Shown in pieces: positions 1-11,352 of a stretch of 64,000 bases of DNA. Numbering within the stretch: position 1 is the first letter of the stretch; the number at the start of each line of letters is the position of its first letter. Source of the stretch: Rhynchobatus australiae (lineage: Eukaryota); contig JAUZTB010000001.1 in NCBI GenBank assembly GCA_034780895.1, forward strand, positions 110,255,570-110,319,569. The letters run 5' to 3'. A program made the translations under genes and the position numbers. Below the pieces are notes generated by a model, which saw only the letters and a program-made list of their open reading frames with translations, did no database searches and had not been told where the DNA came from.

Positions 1-139
1 TGAGAGGAAACCAGAGGACCCAGAGGAAACCCACACAGGCACAGGGAGAATGTAGAAACACCTTACAGACAGTGGCCAGAATTGAACCCGGGTTGCTGGC
101 GCTTTAATAGCATTATGCTAACCGCTACACTACCGTGCC
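1..139 (-). mobile_element. tRNA-derived SINE, 5' part (HE1/V-SINE-like, elasmobranch)
   Basis: Minus strand reads GGCACGGTAGTGTAGCGGTTAGC...CCCGGGTTCAATTC: Pol III A-box and B-box. These are followed by a V-SINE-like body (TTCTCCCTGTG..GTGGGTTTCCTCTGGG..CTCTGGTTTCCTC). Truncated by the window edge. Confidence 0.85.
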
Positions 140-307
140 TGGCCAGTAAAGGTGCCAGTGATTGTCTAATGAGAGTAGAGAAGGGGTAAAGTATGTGTTT
201 GTATACCCTCCCACCCCATCCTTCAAATCTCTCCAGTGCCAGCCTACCTGGTTGCCACCTGCTTCCCTCAGCAGCCAGAAGTTCATCTGCTATATTGATT
301 ACACTGC

Positions 308-482
308 CGACACAAAAAGTGCTGGGGGAACTCAGCAGATCAGGCAGTATCCATGGAGAGATATAAACAGTCAACGTTTCAGGTCGAGATCCTTCATCAG
401 GAGTGGAAAGGAAGAGGGCAGAGGCCAGAATAAGAAGGGTGGGGGAGGGGGAGGAGCGCAGGCTGGCAGGTGATAGGTCCAG
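308..482 (-). mobile_element. Penelope-like element terminal-repeat (pLTR) fragment
   Basis: Has the TGCTGG..GAACTCAGC..TCAGGCAG..CATGGAG..ACGTTTC..CCTTCATCAG motif set seen repeatedly in this window and carries a hammerhead core. Family assignment is from recall. Confidence 0.7.
368..405 (-). ncRNA. Minimal type I hammerhead ribozyme motif
   Basis: Minus strand: CACTC CTGATGA AGG-ATCTCGA-CCT GAAA C GTT GACTG. This gives stem I (4/5 pairs), the CUGAUGA core, stem II, GAAA, a loopless palindromic ACGT stem III and a GUU cleavage triplet. Confidence 0.6.
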
Positions 483-2082
483 GAGTTTACACTGCCTGGC
501 CATACCACAGCTAGGCCAGCAATGGTGGCTTACGTGTTGAGGCAGAATCCCAGTTGATACAAACTTTAAATCATAACATTGTCAATTGACTTATTATTTA
601 ACTTTACAATTTACTGAATTAGTATAAAGAAACCTGAGGGACCAAAGAGTAGTGCCATGAGTTGAGGTCTCACAGCATAGCTGGATTCTTCTTTCTTTAT
701 AATACCCTTCACCTATTTTTATCTTTATAAGAAGCTGTTGTCAGCACTGAATCAGAGGTGAATAGAGAGTGTCATGACATAGGATTACCAGCATGACTGG
801 ATGCTAAATTAAATGTTTGAGATGAAAGAATGGAAAATGTGACATGCATTGATAGAATGCATTTACAGAATTCTAGAAAGATACCTTTGCAGATTAATGC
901 AGACAAAAGGCACCTACACTAAACTGAATCATATTCGTAGAGCATGTTATTATACCCAGCAAACCACCCAGGATTTAAAATGCTACACACTGTCCAATCA
1001 ACTCCAATGGTGAAATAAAAGGCCAGGCANNNNNNNNNNNNNNNNNNTACAAAGAGAGTCTATACAGTGACAAAAGATCAAATATTATATCACACTATCT
1101 CCCAAGAGGGAAGTTCCAATCAGTCTAACGTTGCATGGGGCATCATTTTAATTACTTAAATGGAGGTTTTGATGGTTACAAAATGATTTGTTTTTGGTTT
1201 GTCGTTTGTCCATGCAGCACTGAATTTCTCTGGCAACTTTAAAAAGGCATTGCAATATCTCCATTATGATTTGTATAAAATGTTATAATTAATGAACATT
1301 TCAACCCTCAGTGAGTAATCAATCTTATCTATATCTAAAATCAATCTATACAATTATATGATTCTGATGGTTATTAAGCTGTTTGTTTACAGATATTTCT
1401 TTAAAGTGGGTGGGATCTAGAGCCATCTTCTGAAGAAAGTCAATATGCAAAAGACAATATTTTACATCTTAAAATATATCAATTGCTATTTCATTTTATC
1501 AACATTTTAGGGCCTGCAAGTCTTGCCTACAATGATGTCAAATGTGTTAGTCAGATCTGACTTCATAGTACATAAGCCAGCTAATATGCATAAATGATTA
1601 TGTGCCTCAACACATACAGTAACGTGCATTTCGATAACACAGAGCAGTACAACAAATAATTCATTTCTAAATATTTAAAACAGAGCTTGGGCCAATTTGC
1701 AACCTGCTTTTATATGCAAAATAATCAAAAAGTAATTAAGATGCTGTAAATAGAACAGAAAAATCAAAACTACTGCCTTATGAGGTTTTCCTAATAAACA
1801 CAACAATTATGCATTCATTGCCATAATTAAAACAGTTTTGTCCTTTGGTCACATGCTGTTTGTGAAATAGTCACTACGATACTGTTCATTTGCATCAGAG
1901 ACATTTCTTGTTCCCTGTTCCTTACCTGAAAGTTTATTTAATGGTAACAATTAAATATTTCATTGTCATGGTTCAATTAAATAGTTTGGCCTTAGAAAAT
2001 TGGGGATTGTAAAGTGAGGACGGAACATGCTTTGATCCTCCTTCCAGGGTTATTGTTTCATTAATAAATGAACATGTCATTT

Positions 2083-2101
2083 GTCTCACCAGAGGGAGCT
2101 C
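2083..2101 (+). promoter_or_regulatory. Candidate CTCF-binding motif
   Basis: GTCTCACCAGAGGGAGCTC resembles the CTCF core CCACCAGRGGGCGC. Motif match only. Confidence 0.25.
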
Positions 2102-2659
2102 ATGCCCTCCAGGCTTCTTCCTTTTTTGTTAGGGTTTTATAAAGATGAATTTCCAGTGCTCTAAAATACCATGGATTAGTAGTTAAGCTTGACAGCACTT
2201 CGGGGAGTAGTGGGCTTAAAGTGTCTCACACAGGTCTCCAAAGCACTTGTTTACTAATAGGGAAATCAACGGCCGTCTGCAGCTGCTGATACCACATTAC
2301 CATTTAGAAAGACGGACACAGAGATAGCAATCCACACAGGTTTAATAATTATTACAATATCCACATTTTTCTCATAACTGTAAAGCTGGTATTTTATGAC
2401 TGAATCCAACATCTGGTAATAAGCAATGCTTCTGACAAGATCATAAGTGTTTACAGCTGCAGTATTTTGCCTAATCTGGATTTTAAAACATCATTATTGC
2501 AGTTAAATATTATATATCTTTGAGTGTGCTAGAAACTCCCAGCCTGTACATTACAAAATGTTTTGCAATATATAGGAAACTGTCTCAGTATCAAAGTTCC
2601 AGGTACATTTAAAAATCCCACTGTTTTTTGGAGTGAGTGGGCCATTGAAGAAGGAGTAG

Positions 2660-2925
2660 CCAAACCTAGCCCCTAGTTTGAAATGAGTTGGGTATCTTAG
2701 CCAGGGTGCTAAAATTAGCATCAATATTCCGAGTTCAGTTGAAGAAAAATTGGCCAAAATTTCTGCACTTGGTTGCTATCCACAAACTCCTGTTAGAAAA
2801 TACAGGCATGTGGATGTTGGCTGGAAATGGATTGGATTTGGCTGTGGTGCCCATTGTGGTTCAAGTGCCTGCCAATGCTCACTGGGACAGACGGGAGAAC
2901 TAAGTAACAGCAGCCTGTCCATGTT
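2660..2925 (+). mobile_element. Old SINE-like interspersed repeat
   Basis: Resembles a recalled shark SINE body (GAGTT..G.ATCT.AGCCAGGG...AAAATTGGCCA...GCTATCCA...CATGTGGATGT...GGCTGTG.TGCCC...GCCTGCC.A..CTCACTG). Highly diverged. Confidence 0.45.
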
Positions 2926-4044
2926 ATGAAAGCAAAGAGGTCAAAGGCACTTTGAGTCTCAATTAAATTGTATAGCTGAGTTAAGAGAACTAGAAGGGAG
3001 CCCAGATATAGCATATTGGATTTAAGCTCTTCCAATATGCAGACAGGCCCCGGTGAATGGGAGAGAGGATCAGGGTGAGGGTTTCTAAGGAGGATGCTTC
3101 TCTTCCTCCTAGTCTGTAAAAAAAAGTGACAATGACACATTTGATACTGAGACAGTTTCTTACGTATTGCAAAGAGAAATTCCAGTGAACATGGTGGGAG
3201 TTTCTAGCACACTCAAAGATATAAAATATTTAACTGCAATAATGATGTCTTAAAATCCAGATTAGGCAAAAAGGTGCAGCTGCAAACACATGATGATGTC
3301 AGAAGCAAAACACAGGTACCAAATAGGTCTCTCCTTAAACTGCAATTGGAGTTACATTTTACATGAAACAAACTCAATATCCCTAGTGAAGCAACCTTCT
3401 GCCCTAAGCAGGCTGTTGGTTCAGCCATTCAGCACCGGGTGCTGTGAAGGGGGCAATCGTCCATTAGCAATGATAATGAGGCTGTAATGGTATAGATCCA
3501 GTTTGGATGATGTGACAGGCTTTGTCTGTCAATTTTGGACAGTTCAAGTAGATCATGCTGTCTCTACTCTTACATGAAGAATGACACCATGGGCAGAAGT
3601 ACACCATCTCCTGAGCTGTTCCTTGATATGAATTAATAATTTTATGAGAAAACTAGGAATTGGGAAGGATTAGGAAAAAAATCTATATTTCATCACTGAA
3701 GAACATTTCTAATACCTTTGATGTTAATTATTGAACAATTTTGATGATCATTGATGATCTGAGAATTTTTCCTTAATATTTCCTGAACAATTTGATCTAC
3801 CATACTAAGAACTGCACATGTACAAATAAAGAATATTTTCTTAACAAGATCATTTTCAGATTAAGTATTATTCATACACTGCTGGGAAGATAGAGACAGC
3901 ATATTTCCATAATAATATTGCTTCCTAAAGTAGCAGAAATGCACTGCATGCCTTCATTGGATATTTGTGGTCTGGTCTGAAACATGCAAAAAAATGGCAA
4001 TATTAGAAATTTATATTTGAAGTGTTGCTTTTTTTCTTCATTTA

Positions 4045-4232
4045 CAGGATGTGGGGATAAAGGCCAGCAATTATTGCAACTCCCCGATTGTCCATGACCA
4101 AAGTGATGGTGATCCACCTTCTTGAACTACTTTAGTCCTTCTGGTGAAGGCATTCCCACAATGCTCTTGGGTAAGTCATTCCAGGATTTGGAAGCACTGA
4201 TAGACCAGAGATATATTTCCAAATCAAGAAAA
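4045..4232 (-). mobile_element. LINE 3'-end remnant (Jockey/CR1-L2 group)
   Basis: GGATGTGGG..GGCCAGCA.TTATTGC...CCTTCTTGAAC...TTCCAGGATTT..GATATATTTCCAA matches a recalled abundant shark LINE tail. A fainter copy lies at ~15730-15860. Confidence 0.5.
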
Positions 4233-6029
4233 GCCCCTTTGAAATTATTTTCTCCAGCCTGGTGCAAAGGTGCTGAATCAGTTAATAATGTAGTTCTAAG
4301 GGAGCTATGTGACTTGTATATTACTTCTGTTACCTGAGTACAGGACCTTCCTGTGTCAGTGTAGCAGAGTGTATTTGTCCACTGGGCATTTCAGGAAGCT
4401 CCTCATAGTGTTTTTTTTACACTAACGCCAATTGTTTACCTTTCATTCAAATATTCTATTGAATTGATAGCTTCTGCACAATTAAATTTATATTAAGGAA
4501 ACTTGTAAACAAATATATTTTATATTCCATCTATATAAATGCCCAGTTCAAAATTTACAAACAGTTCAGCTTCATCTTAACAATCAAAGAAAGCCAGAAG
4601 ATTACTGCTTTCAGTTGGTTGACCATCAATCCTTGTTCCAATGGGTGATTAAAGAGAGCTGGTAGTTAAAGCATTACATCAAAACTATCTTAATTGGTGC
4701 AAGGTTTAGCCCTTTCTATGCAGAGAGGGAAAAGGTGGAATAGCCTTTTCAAGTCACATGAAAGTTTCTGGGATGAATATGGCTAATTAGATTAATAAGT
4801 AGCTTAATTTATCAGAGCTGAGAATTTCAACAGCCACACACTGGAGTAAGAAAGATTAGTGTGATTTTAGTTTCTCCAGCTTGTACTAAAACTTCATTAA
4901 GCAAAGACAGAAAGCTTTTTTTTTGGCCTGGATTAGAAAAATGTTGAATAATCAGAAATGTCACTTTACTAGAATGAGGCTTATTAGGCAGAAGAAGGGA
5001 ATACTTTATTGGGGCCTCTTGTGACATGGTTGAATGTTTGGCACAAATGAATCTAGATTACTGGGACTTCAAGGAATTCCAGTGTTGGTTCATGGGCAGA
5101 CATAGAAGCCACTGCATTAAAAAAAAATTCTTTTGCAATTCATTAATTTTTCTTCCTGCCCTATTGAAGACATAAGGATAACTATAGGGATGGTTTTACG
5201 CTATCCCACTCAACTCCCATCAGTTATAAGGATGATTTTACCACTTCCCCCTACCTCCCCTCACCCACCTCATTTTATTTCTTGTTTAATCAACAATGAC
5301 TAACAATGAACAAGTTGTAAAATACCAGTGTGCCAACCAATCATCCGGATCTTCCACCTGGCTATTTGGGTTAAAATGATTGACCAAGTGTTTGTGGATT
5401 ATTCTATCTATGCCAGGTGTCCTCTGATGTTTTTTCCCAAGTGTGTGTTACACATCTATGAACCAGGTCAATGAGAAACTATTTAGCTGAATGAAGGGGG
5501 AGGAAGGGAAATTTTAATTCATAAACACCATATTGTGACAGAACTATGATCAAGGGATTCTCTTTCTTAATTCTGAGACAATGAAGCCAAACCCAAATGA
5601 TTCAAATTTTTACCCTGTTTGAAATTATGAAGTTCACCAGAAAACCTATTTTAGACCACCAAGTTCATAAAAAGTTGGAAACTGCATACAAAATTGATGG
5701 TAAGGTTGCTTAAACTGCCTTCTATTATGCTGCAGAATACAAGTTTTCTTCATATTATTTTCTCACATTGAGACTCAACTGAAATTTAAAAAGTTAAACA
5801 GATGAAATAAAATTCCATGCAATTTTTAATTCAAGTAAAATTGTAAATCATTTGGGGAAACAACACCCGCCACATACAAATTTACACGTTCACAAATCTC
5901 TTAGAGACAGAGAGACAGAGAGAAAGAAAGTGGTTTAAGAAAAAGAACAATTTTACCTGTTTACACTACAGTGGACTCATGTGTTTACAAGTTTGATATT
6001 AGACGGACCATGAGAAGCATGTGGCCAAA

Positions 6030-6370
6030 CACCAGATGTACCTCTGGTTTCAAATCCAGTGCAGACTATTAGGAGAGGATTAAAATCTCCTCAATACCTT
6101 GGTTAGGGTTACTATGTGAGGTGTGATGTTATTTCAACCCGATTCTTAGGTGACTTATACCCACTGGAGAAAACTTCCTTAAATGTGGTGTGAAATTGGT
6201 CCTCTCTGATTCAGGATCATTGGTATAGAAAGTGGAAAAAGACAGCATGCCGAACATAAGGGGTCATTTTCGATGTGACCTACTGTTGTAGCAGAGTAGA
6301 TGGAGCTTTACTTTTCATTTAATTGTTCACTATCTGATATGAAAGCACTTAATCTTGAGAACCTGAAAGG
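6030..6370 (+). mobile_element. Ancient tRNA-derived SINE (LF-SINE-like?), copy 1
   Basis: B-box-like GGTTTCAAATCC followed by AGGATTAAAATCTCCTC...CTATGTGAGGTGTG..TTATTTCAACCC, which aligns by eye with 7647-7752. Confidence 0.45.
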
Positions 6371-7401
6371 GAAAACATTCTTTCTACTATCTCTCATCCA
6401 GATGAACACAAAATTCATGCAAATAATAAAGGTTCAATAATTTGCATTTTTTTTCATTTGCTGAGTTAGTTATCAAGATATGTTAGCAGGGGCTGACTTT
6501 TCAAAATTCTTCTCACATCCTGGTGTTTCAGGAGCATTTGATGTGGATTTAATTTTAAAGCTAGATAAATCTGCTGTAGTGGGTGGAAGAAGCCCTTGAT
6601 GAAACTAAAATTATATCCCCATTAGAATATCCATGCATATATCCAATTGATACTAATTTTCTATTGAAGCATCTAACAGGTTATTGTCAGAATATTGGAA
6701 AATAGTCTTCAACTGTTTGAAGCAATGTTCCTGTGACAGCCTACATGAATTGTCAATTTAATTAAGTAAGATATGTATTTATATAAACCCTTATTATGTA
6801 TCACAGAATCATCTTAGGCACAATGGTTTGGAATGCATTGCAGGTAAACTTGGAAGCTGTTTAACACACAACTGTTCAATGTTTGTGGTGGCTGTGGATG
6901 AACAAAAAATGTTCACCAATAAATCACAGAAAGTTTATCAAGCACTTTGAATAAAGCATGAAATGTTTAATCTCCTACCAAACCACTGGAATGTTTGATA
7001 TTATGAGGACTTAGATGTATAGGAATTGGGATATGATATTGCANNNNNNNNNNNNNNNNNNNNNNNNNNNNNNNNNNNNNNNNNNNNNNNNNNNNNNNNN
7101 NNNNNNNNNNNNNNNNNNNNNNNNNNNNNNNNNNNNNNNNNNNNNNNNNNNNNNNNNNNNNNNNNNNNNNNNNNNNNNNNNNNNNNNNNNNNNNNNNNNN
7201 NNNNNNNNNNNNNNNNNNNNNNNNNNNNNNNNNNNNNNNNNNNNNNNNNNNNNNNNNNNNNNNNNNNNNNNNNNNNNNNNNNNNNNNNNNNNNNNNNNNN
7301 NNNNNNNNNNNNNNNNNNNNNNNNNNNNNNNNNNNNNNNNNNNNNNNNNNNNNNNNNNNNNNNNNNNNNNNNNNNNNNNNNNNNNNNNNNNNNNNNNNNN
7401 N

Positions 7402-7613
7402 GTGCATGGACTGAGCTGCCAGAGGAAGTGGTTGAGGCGGATGCAATACTATCATTTAAGAAGTACTTGCATTGGTACGTGGAGGGGCGGGGCCTGGAGG
7501 GATATGAGCGAATGCAGGAAATTGGGACTAGCTGGGTGAGCACCATGGTCAGCGTGAACTCGTTGGGCCAAAGGGCCTGTATACGTGCTGTATTGCTCTA
7601 TGACTCTATGACT
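7402..7613 (+). mobile_element. CR1 LINE 3' end
   Basis: Translates to AWTELPEEVVEADAILSFKKYLHWYV (CR1 ORF2 C-terminus). The 3' UTR has GGGCCAAAGGGCCTGT and an 8-bp (ACTCTATG)n tail. Confidence 0.9.
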
Positions 7614-7619
7614 AAGCTA

Positions 7620-7860
7620 CAGGCTGAACACCAGCCATTCAACTCTGGGTTCAAATCCAATCGAAAATGACAGGATTAAAGTTTCCTCGGTGCCCTATCT
7701 TGAAGTTCTGTGTGAGGTGTGGCTTATCTCAACCCTGTTCCTAACTAACTTAAACACACTGCATAAAATTGGCATGTGCCAGATACTAGGTGATTGATAA
7801 AGAAAATGGAAAAAAATGGCACACTGATGCAATAGGGAGTACTTTTCTGAAGCTGGTATT
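7620..7860 (+). mobile_element. Ancient tRNA-derived SINE (LF-SINE-like?), copy 2
   Basis: GGGTTCAAATCC B-box, then AGGATTAAAGTTTCCTC...CTGTGTGAGGTGTGG.TTATCTCAACCC. Same family as 6030-6370. Confidence 0.45.
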
Positions 7861-8334
7861 TCCACAAAGGTACAGCTCTGAAGTTTTGGTTATAGCTCAA
7901 ATTTCCATCCTTGTGTATCAGAGTTAACAATGCAACTAACTATGTGAATTCCATTTCCAAATTACAGATGATAAAGCCGACAGAAAAACTGTAAACTAAC
8001 ACCCAGATGCAAAGATAATTTAAGGCAAAAAATGGATGAAATTATCGATGATTCTTATTCATCTCTGTAAACATTCCAATTTATTGATGTCACTATTTCT
8101 GCACCNNNNNNNNNNNNNNNNNNNNNNNNNNNNNNNNNNNNNNNNNNNNNNNNNNNNNNNNNNNNNNNNNNNNNNNNNNNNNNNNNNNNNNNNNNNNNNN
8201 NNNNNCACTATTTCTGCACCTATTAATTCAATTCGTTAACTAAAAGGCCAACAGATCTTTATCTCTTCCATTTGGTGGTTGATGGTTGATTAAGAGATCA
8301 GATTTCCTTCCTGCGCTAGATTTTTGATTCCAGT

Positions 8335-8590
8335 GGAAGCAAGACACTTTGGATGGATAAGGACAGGAATGAAGGAAACCGCAAAACCACAAGTAGCCAG
8401 AACTGAAAGAACTACAAGAGTTTTGGATGATTGCTGCCTGCATGAGGCTATAGAGAGAGGAAGCATGCAGGATCAGAATTTTACATTTAAGGCATTGATT
8501 GCATACCAATATAGGTGAACCAGTACAAGGGCAATAGATAAATGAGTTACGGTCTGAAGTAGAATATAGGCAACTTTGTTTTATTTTAAA
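8335..8590 (-). mobile_element. L2 LINE remnant
   Basis: GGATCAGAATTTTACATTTAAGGCATTG..CCAATATAGGT..CCAGTACAAGGG..ATAG resembles the reverse strand of the shark L2 ORF2 3' region. Diverged. Confidence 0.45.
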
Positions 8591-9774
8591 AATTCCCATT
8601 TTCCTAGTGATTTTCTCTCCTGACTTCGATCTACCTGACAGTAGAGACAAAATCATTCAGAAGGCTCTGTAATATGTAGGATTTTACACAGCGAATGCTA
8701 ATCAGCCATTCGGTAACAGGAATGGAAGAGATGGGGAATGACTGAGAAGAAAATTCACAGTTAAAGACCGTTCTCTCTCCTTCCATGTGCAATTTCCATG
8801 GATAATGATTAGATGAGGTGCCCCAGAAATTTCTCTTCACCACAACTCTGAGTCTAGAAATTAAGCAGATAAGCTCAGAGCTAAAACTAAGCGTGGGACG
8901 TTTACGGATTGCAGATGTTTGTATTGTAGTATTCTACAGGTCATTTGCTGACCTCATACACTTATATTTTAATTATTAAGAAATAGGTATTTAATATTGA
9001 ATGATGATACAGTCGTCAGTCTATTTGTTTATCACTAGAGTTACTAATTTATGGCAACTCTTTAAGTCAAATCCGGTCTTATAACAGGAGACTACAGAAT
9101 TCTGGGGATTTCTTTCCAGTCTCCTGTGAGTCCGTCCAATTTTCTGTAAAAACTGAAATAAGCACCGATTATGACAGTAATGGATAGAAAATGCAAAAAA
9201 AGAGAGGTCCTGGCACTAATTAGGATTGTTTTTATGGCTAGCTTGTCTTGTCTTTGAAGGATGCTGAAGCTGTCTGAAGTATTCTCCACAAACTCAGCTT
9301 CAGACTGAGAATCGTCACTACCATTTTATCAGAAAGTGCTGAAAAATATTGGAAAAGGTATTGCAAATTGGTAAATCATTGTGTTGCTGATCATATTGAC
9401 TCCTAAAATTTTAGATTTACACAAAAGAAATGCGAGTCCAGAATAAACATCAGAATCCTTATCATTAAAGATTATTGTGTTGTGGTTATTTATCTATGGC
9501 AGACTGAAGAGACTGTCAAATCTAAGTTGGGGGATAAGGTAGAAATTCTATTTCATAGTGCAATATTCCACATAATTTTTCTTCTAAAACCTTTTCACTA
9601 AATATGATTATGTTGTACATCACAGTGTAAACCCTGACCTGGTCCTCAGACGTATAACAATGGGATTTTTAACTGCTTCCAATGCTGAAGGAAGTTTAAA
9701 CAAAATAACTCAGGTCTTCTCCATTGTTAATTAAAGGGCCCATCCCTACTTTGTCTGTTAAGTAGTTGCCTCAC

Positions 9775-9922
9775 TACTTGCCTCACACATCTCCTTTAAA
9801 CTTTCCATCTCTCACCTTAGACCTGTGCCCTCTGGTAATTGACATTTCCACCCTGGATAAAAGACTCAGACCAATATGTATGCATCTCATAATTTTATAT
9901 ACTTCTATCAGGTGGCCCCTCA
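9775..9922 (-). repeat. 148-bp near-identical copy of 11075-11222 (CR1-derived)
   Basis: Direct comparison gives 145/148 identity with no indels. Confidence 0.95.
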
Positions 9923-10851
9923 ACAGTGAAGATCCTCTGAACATCCATCCAGCTTTATCAATATAAGTTCCTGATTCATATTAACAACCTTACCCATCCA
10001 TCCAGCTTCCAAACCCAGGGATGTCCCCTCCTGCCTTCCATATCCTTCATTGCCTCTTGGATATCTCTCTGCACTTCTCCAGTCAATGTTCTCCCAATTT
10101 TCTACCTGAATTGCAGAGTGAACTTGACCAGTTAATGTGAATCAGAACTGGGGAAAGAGTTGGAGGGTTTACAGTGTACCACTATACAAATATTGTTAAC
10201 TCGCCACTGTTCCCCAGTTTTGACTGGCTGAGTTCTTTCAGCATTTCTGGTTTGGTTTCAGATCCCAACATCTANNNNNNNNNNNNNNNNNNNNNNNNNN
10301 NNNNNNNNNNNNNNNNNNNNNNNNNNNNNNNNNNNNNNNNNNNNNNNNNNNNNNNNNNNNNNNNNNNNNNNNNNNNNNNNNNNNNNNNNNNNNNNNNNNN
10401 NNNNNNNNNNNNNNNNNNNNNNNNNNNNNNNNNNNNNNNNNNNNNNNNNNNNNNNNNNNNNNNNNNNNNNCCCCCTCCAATCCTCTCCACCCCCACACTT
10501 TCCTTTCTCTTTAATAGAAGATTAAAGCCCCATGCAATTTTCTTTCTCATTTCACTGCCTAATAGAGGATCACAGGGGAAGGCCATTGTGTGTAAGTATG
10601 TGTGTGAGGATTTGTCAGTTCTACTAGGCACAAAACCAGAAAATGTTGGAAATCGAGCGATGTTTCTGGAAAGAAACACCATTCAGCATTTCAAGTCAGT
10701 GACCCTTCCTCTATTGGGCATGTCTCTTTGGACATCATTGGGGACTATGGCACATTTGTGGCCTTATAGTAAACTGGGGCAGAAAACCCACACAGTGCCT
10801 CTTTACATTAAATAATTTCTAGGCTATTATCTTTTATTTGAAACACATTTA

Positions 10852-11352
10852 GAATATAGAACACAGAACAGTACACACAGAAACAGGTCCTTAGAGCCAC
10901 CAAGTCTGTGCTGGTCATGATGCCAATCTAACTAATTCCATCTGCCTGCACATGATCTTTATTCCCTGCCTGTTCCTGTGTCCAAATGCCTCTTAAGCAT
11001 TGCTATCATATCTGCTTCTAACACCTGCCCTGGCAGCACATTCCAGGCACCTACCCCTCTTTGTGTTAAAAAAATACTTGCCTCACACATCTCCTTTAAA
11101 CTTTCCATCTCTCACCTTAGATCTATGCCCTCTGGTAATTGACATTTCCACCCTGGATAAAAGACTCAGACCAATATATATGCATCTCATAATTTTATAT
11201 ACTTCTATCAGGTGGCCCCTCAGCTTCCAGCACTCCAGAGAAAACAATCCAACATTGTCCAGCCTCTCCTTATAGCTAATACATTCCAATCCAGGCAATA
11301 TCCTGGTGAACTCCTTCTGCACTCTCTCCAAACTTTCCACATCCTTCCTATG
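10852..11352 (-). mobile_element. CR1 LINE 3' end
   Basis: ORF 11083-11340 reads ESLERVQKEFTRILPGLECISYKERLDNVGLFSLE..LRGHLIEVYKIM..TRGHRSKV. The tail repeats lie at ~10852-10870. Confidence 0.92.

Noticed and set aside
497-508. GGCCATACCAC matching the 5S rRNA 5' end
   Set aside because: Only 11 nt match, with no downstream 5S internal control region.
6967-7670. Long ORFs in the track that span N-runs (also ~10.2, 24.6, 41.3, 42.8, 49.2 and 50.6 kb)
   Set aside because: They are open only because Ns translate as X.
8091-8220. Direct repeats flanking ~100-N gaps (also at 17558-17695 and 27558-27706)
   Set aside because: Identical sequence on both sides of a fixed-size gap is the signature of unmerged contig overlaps, not target-site duplications.
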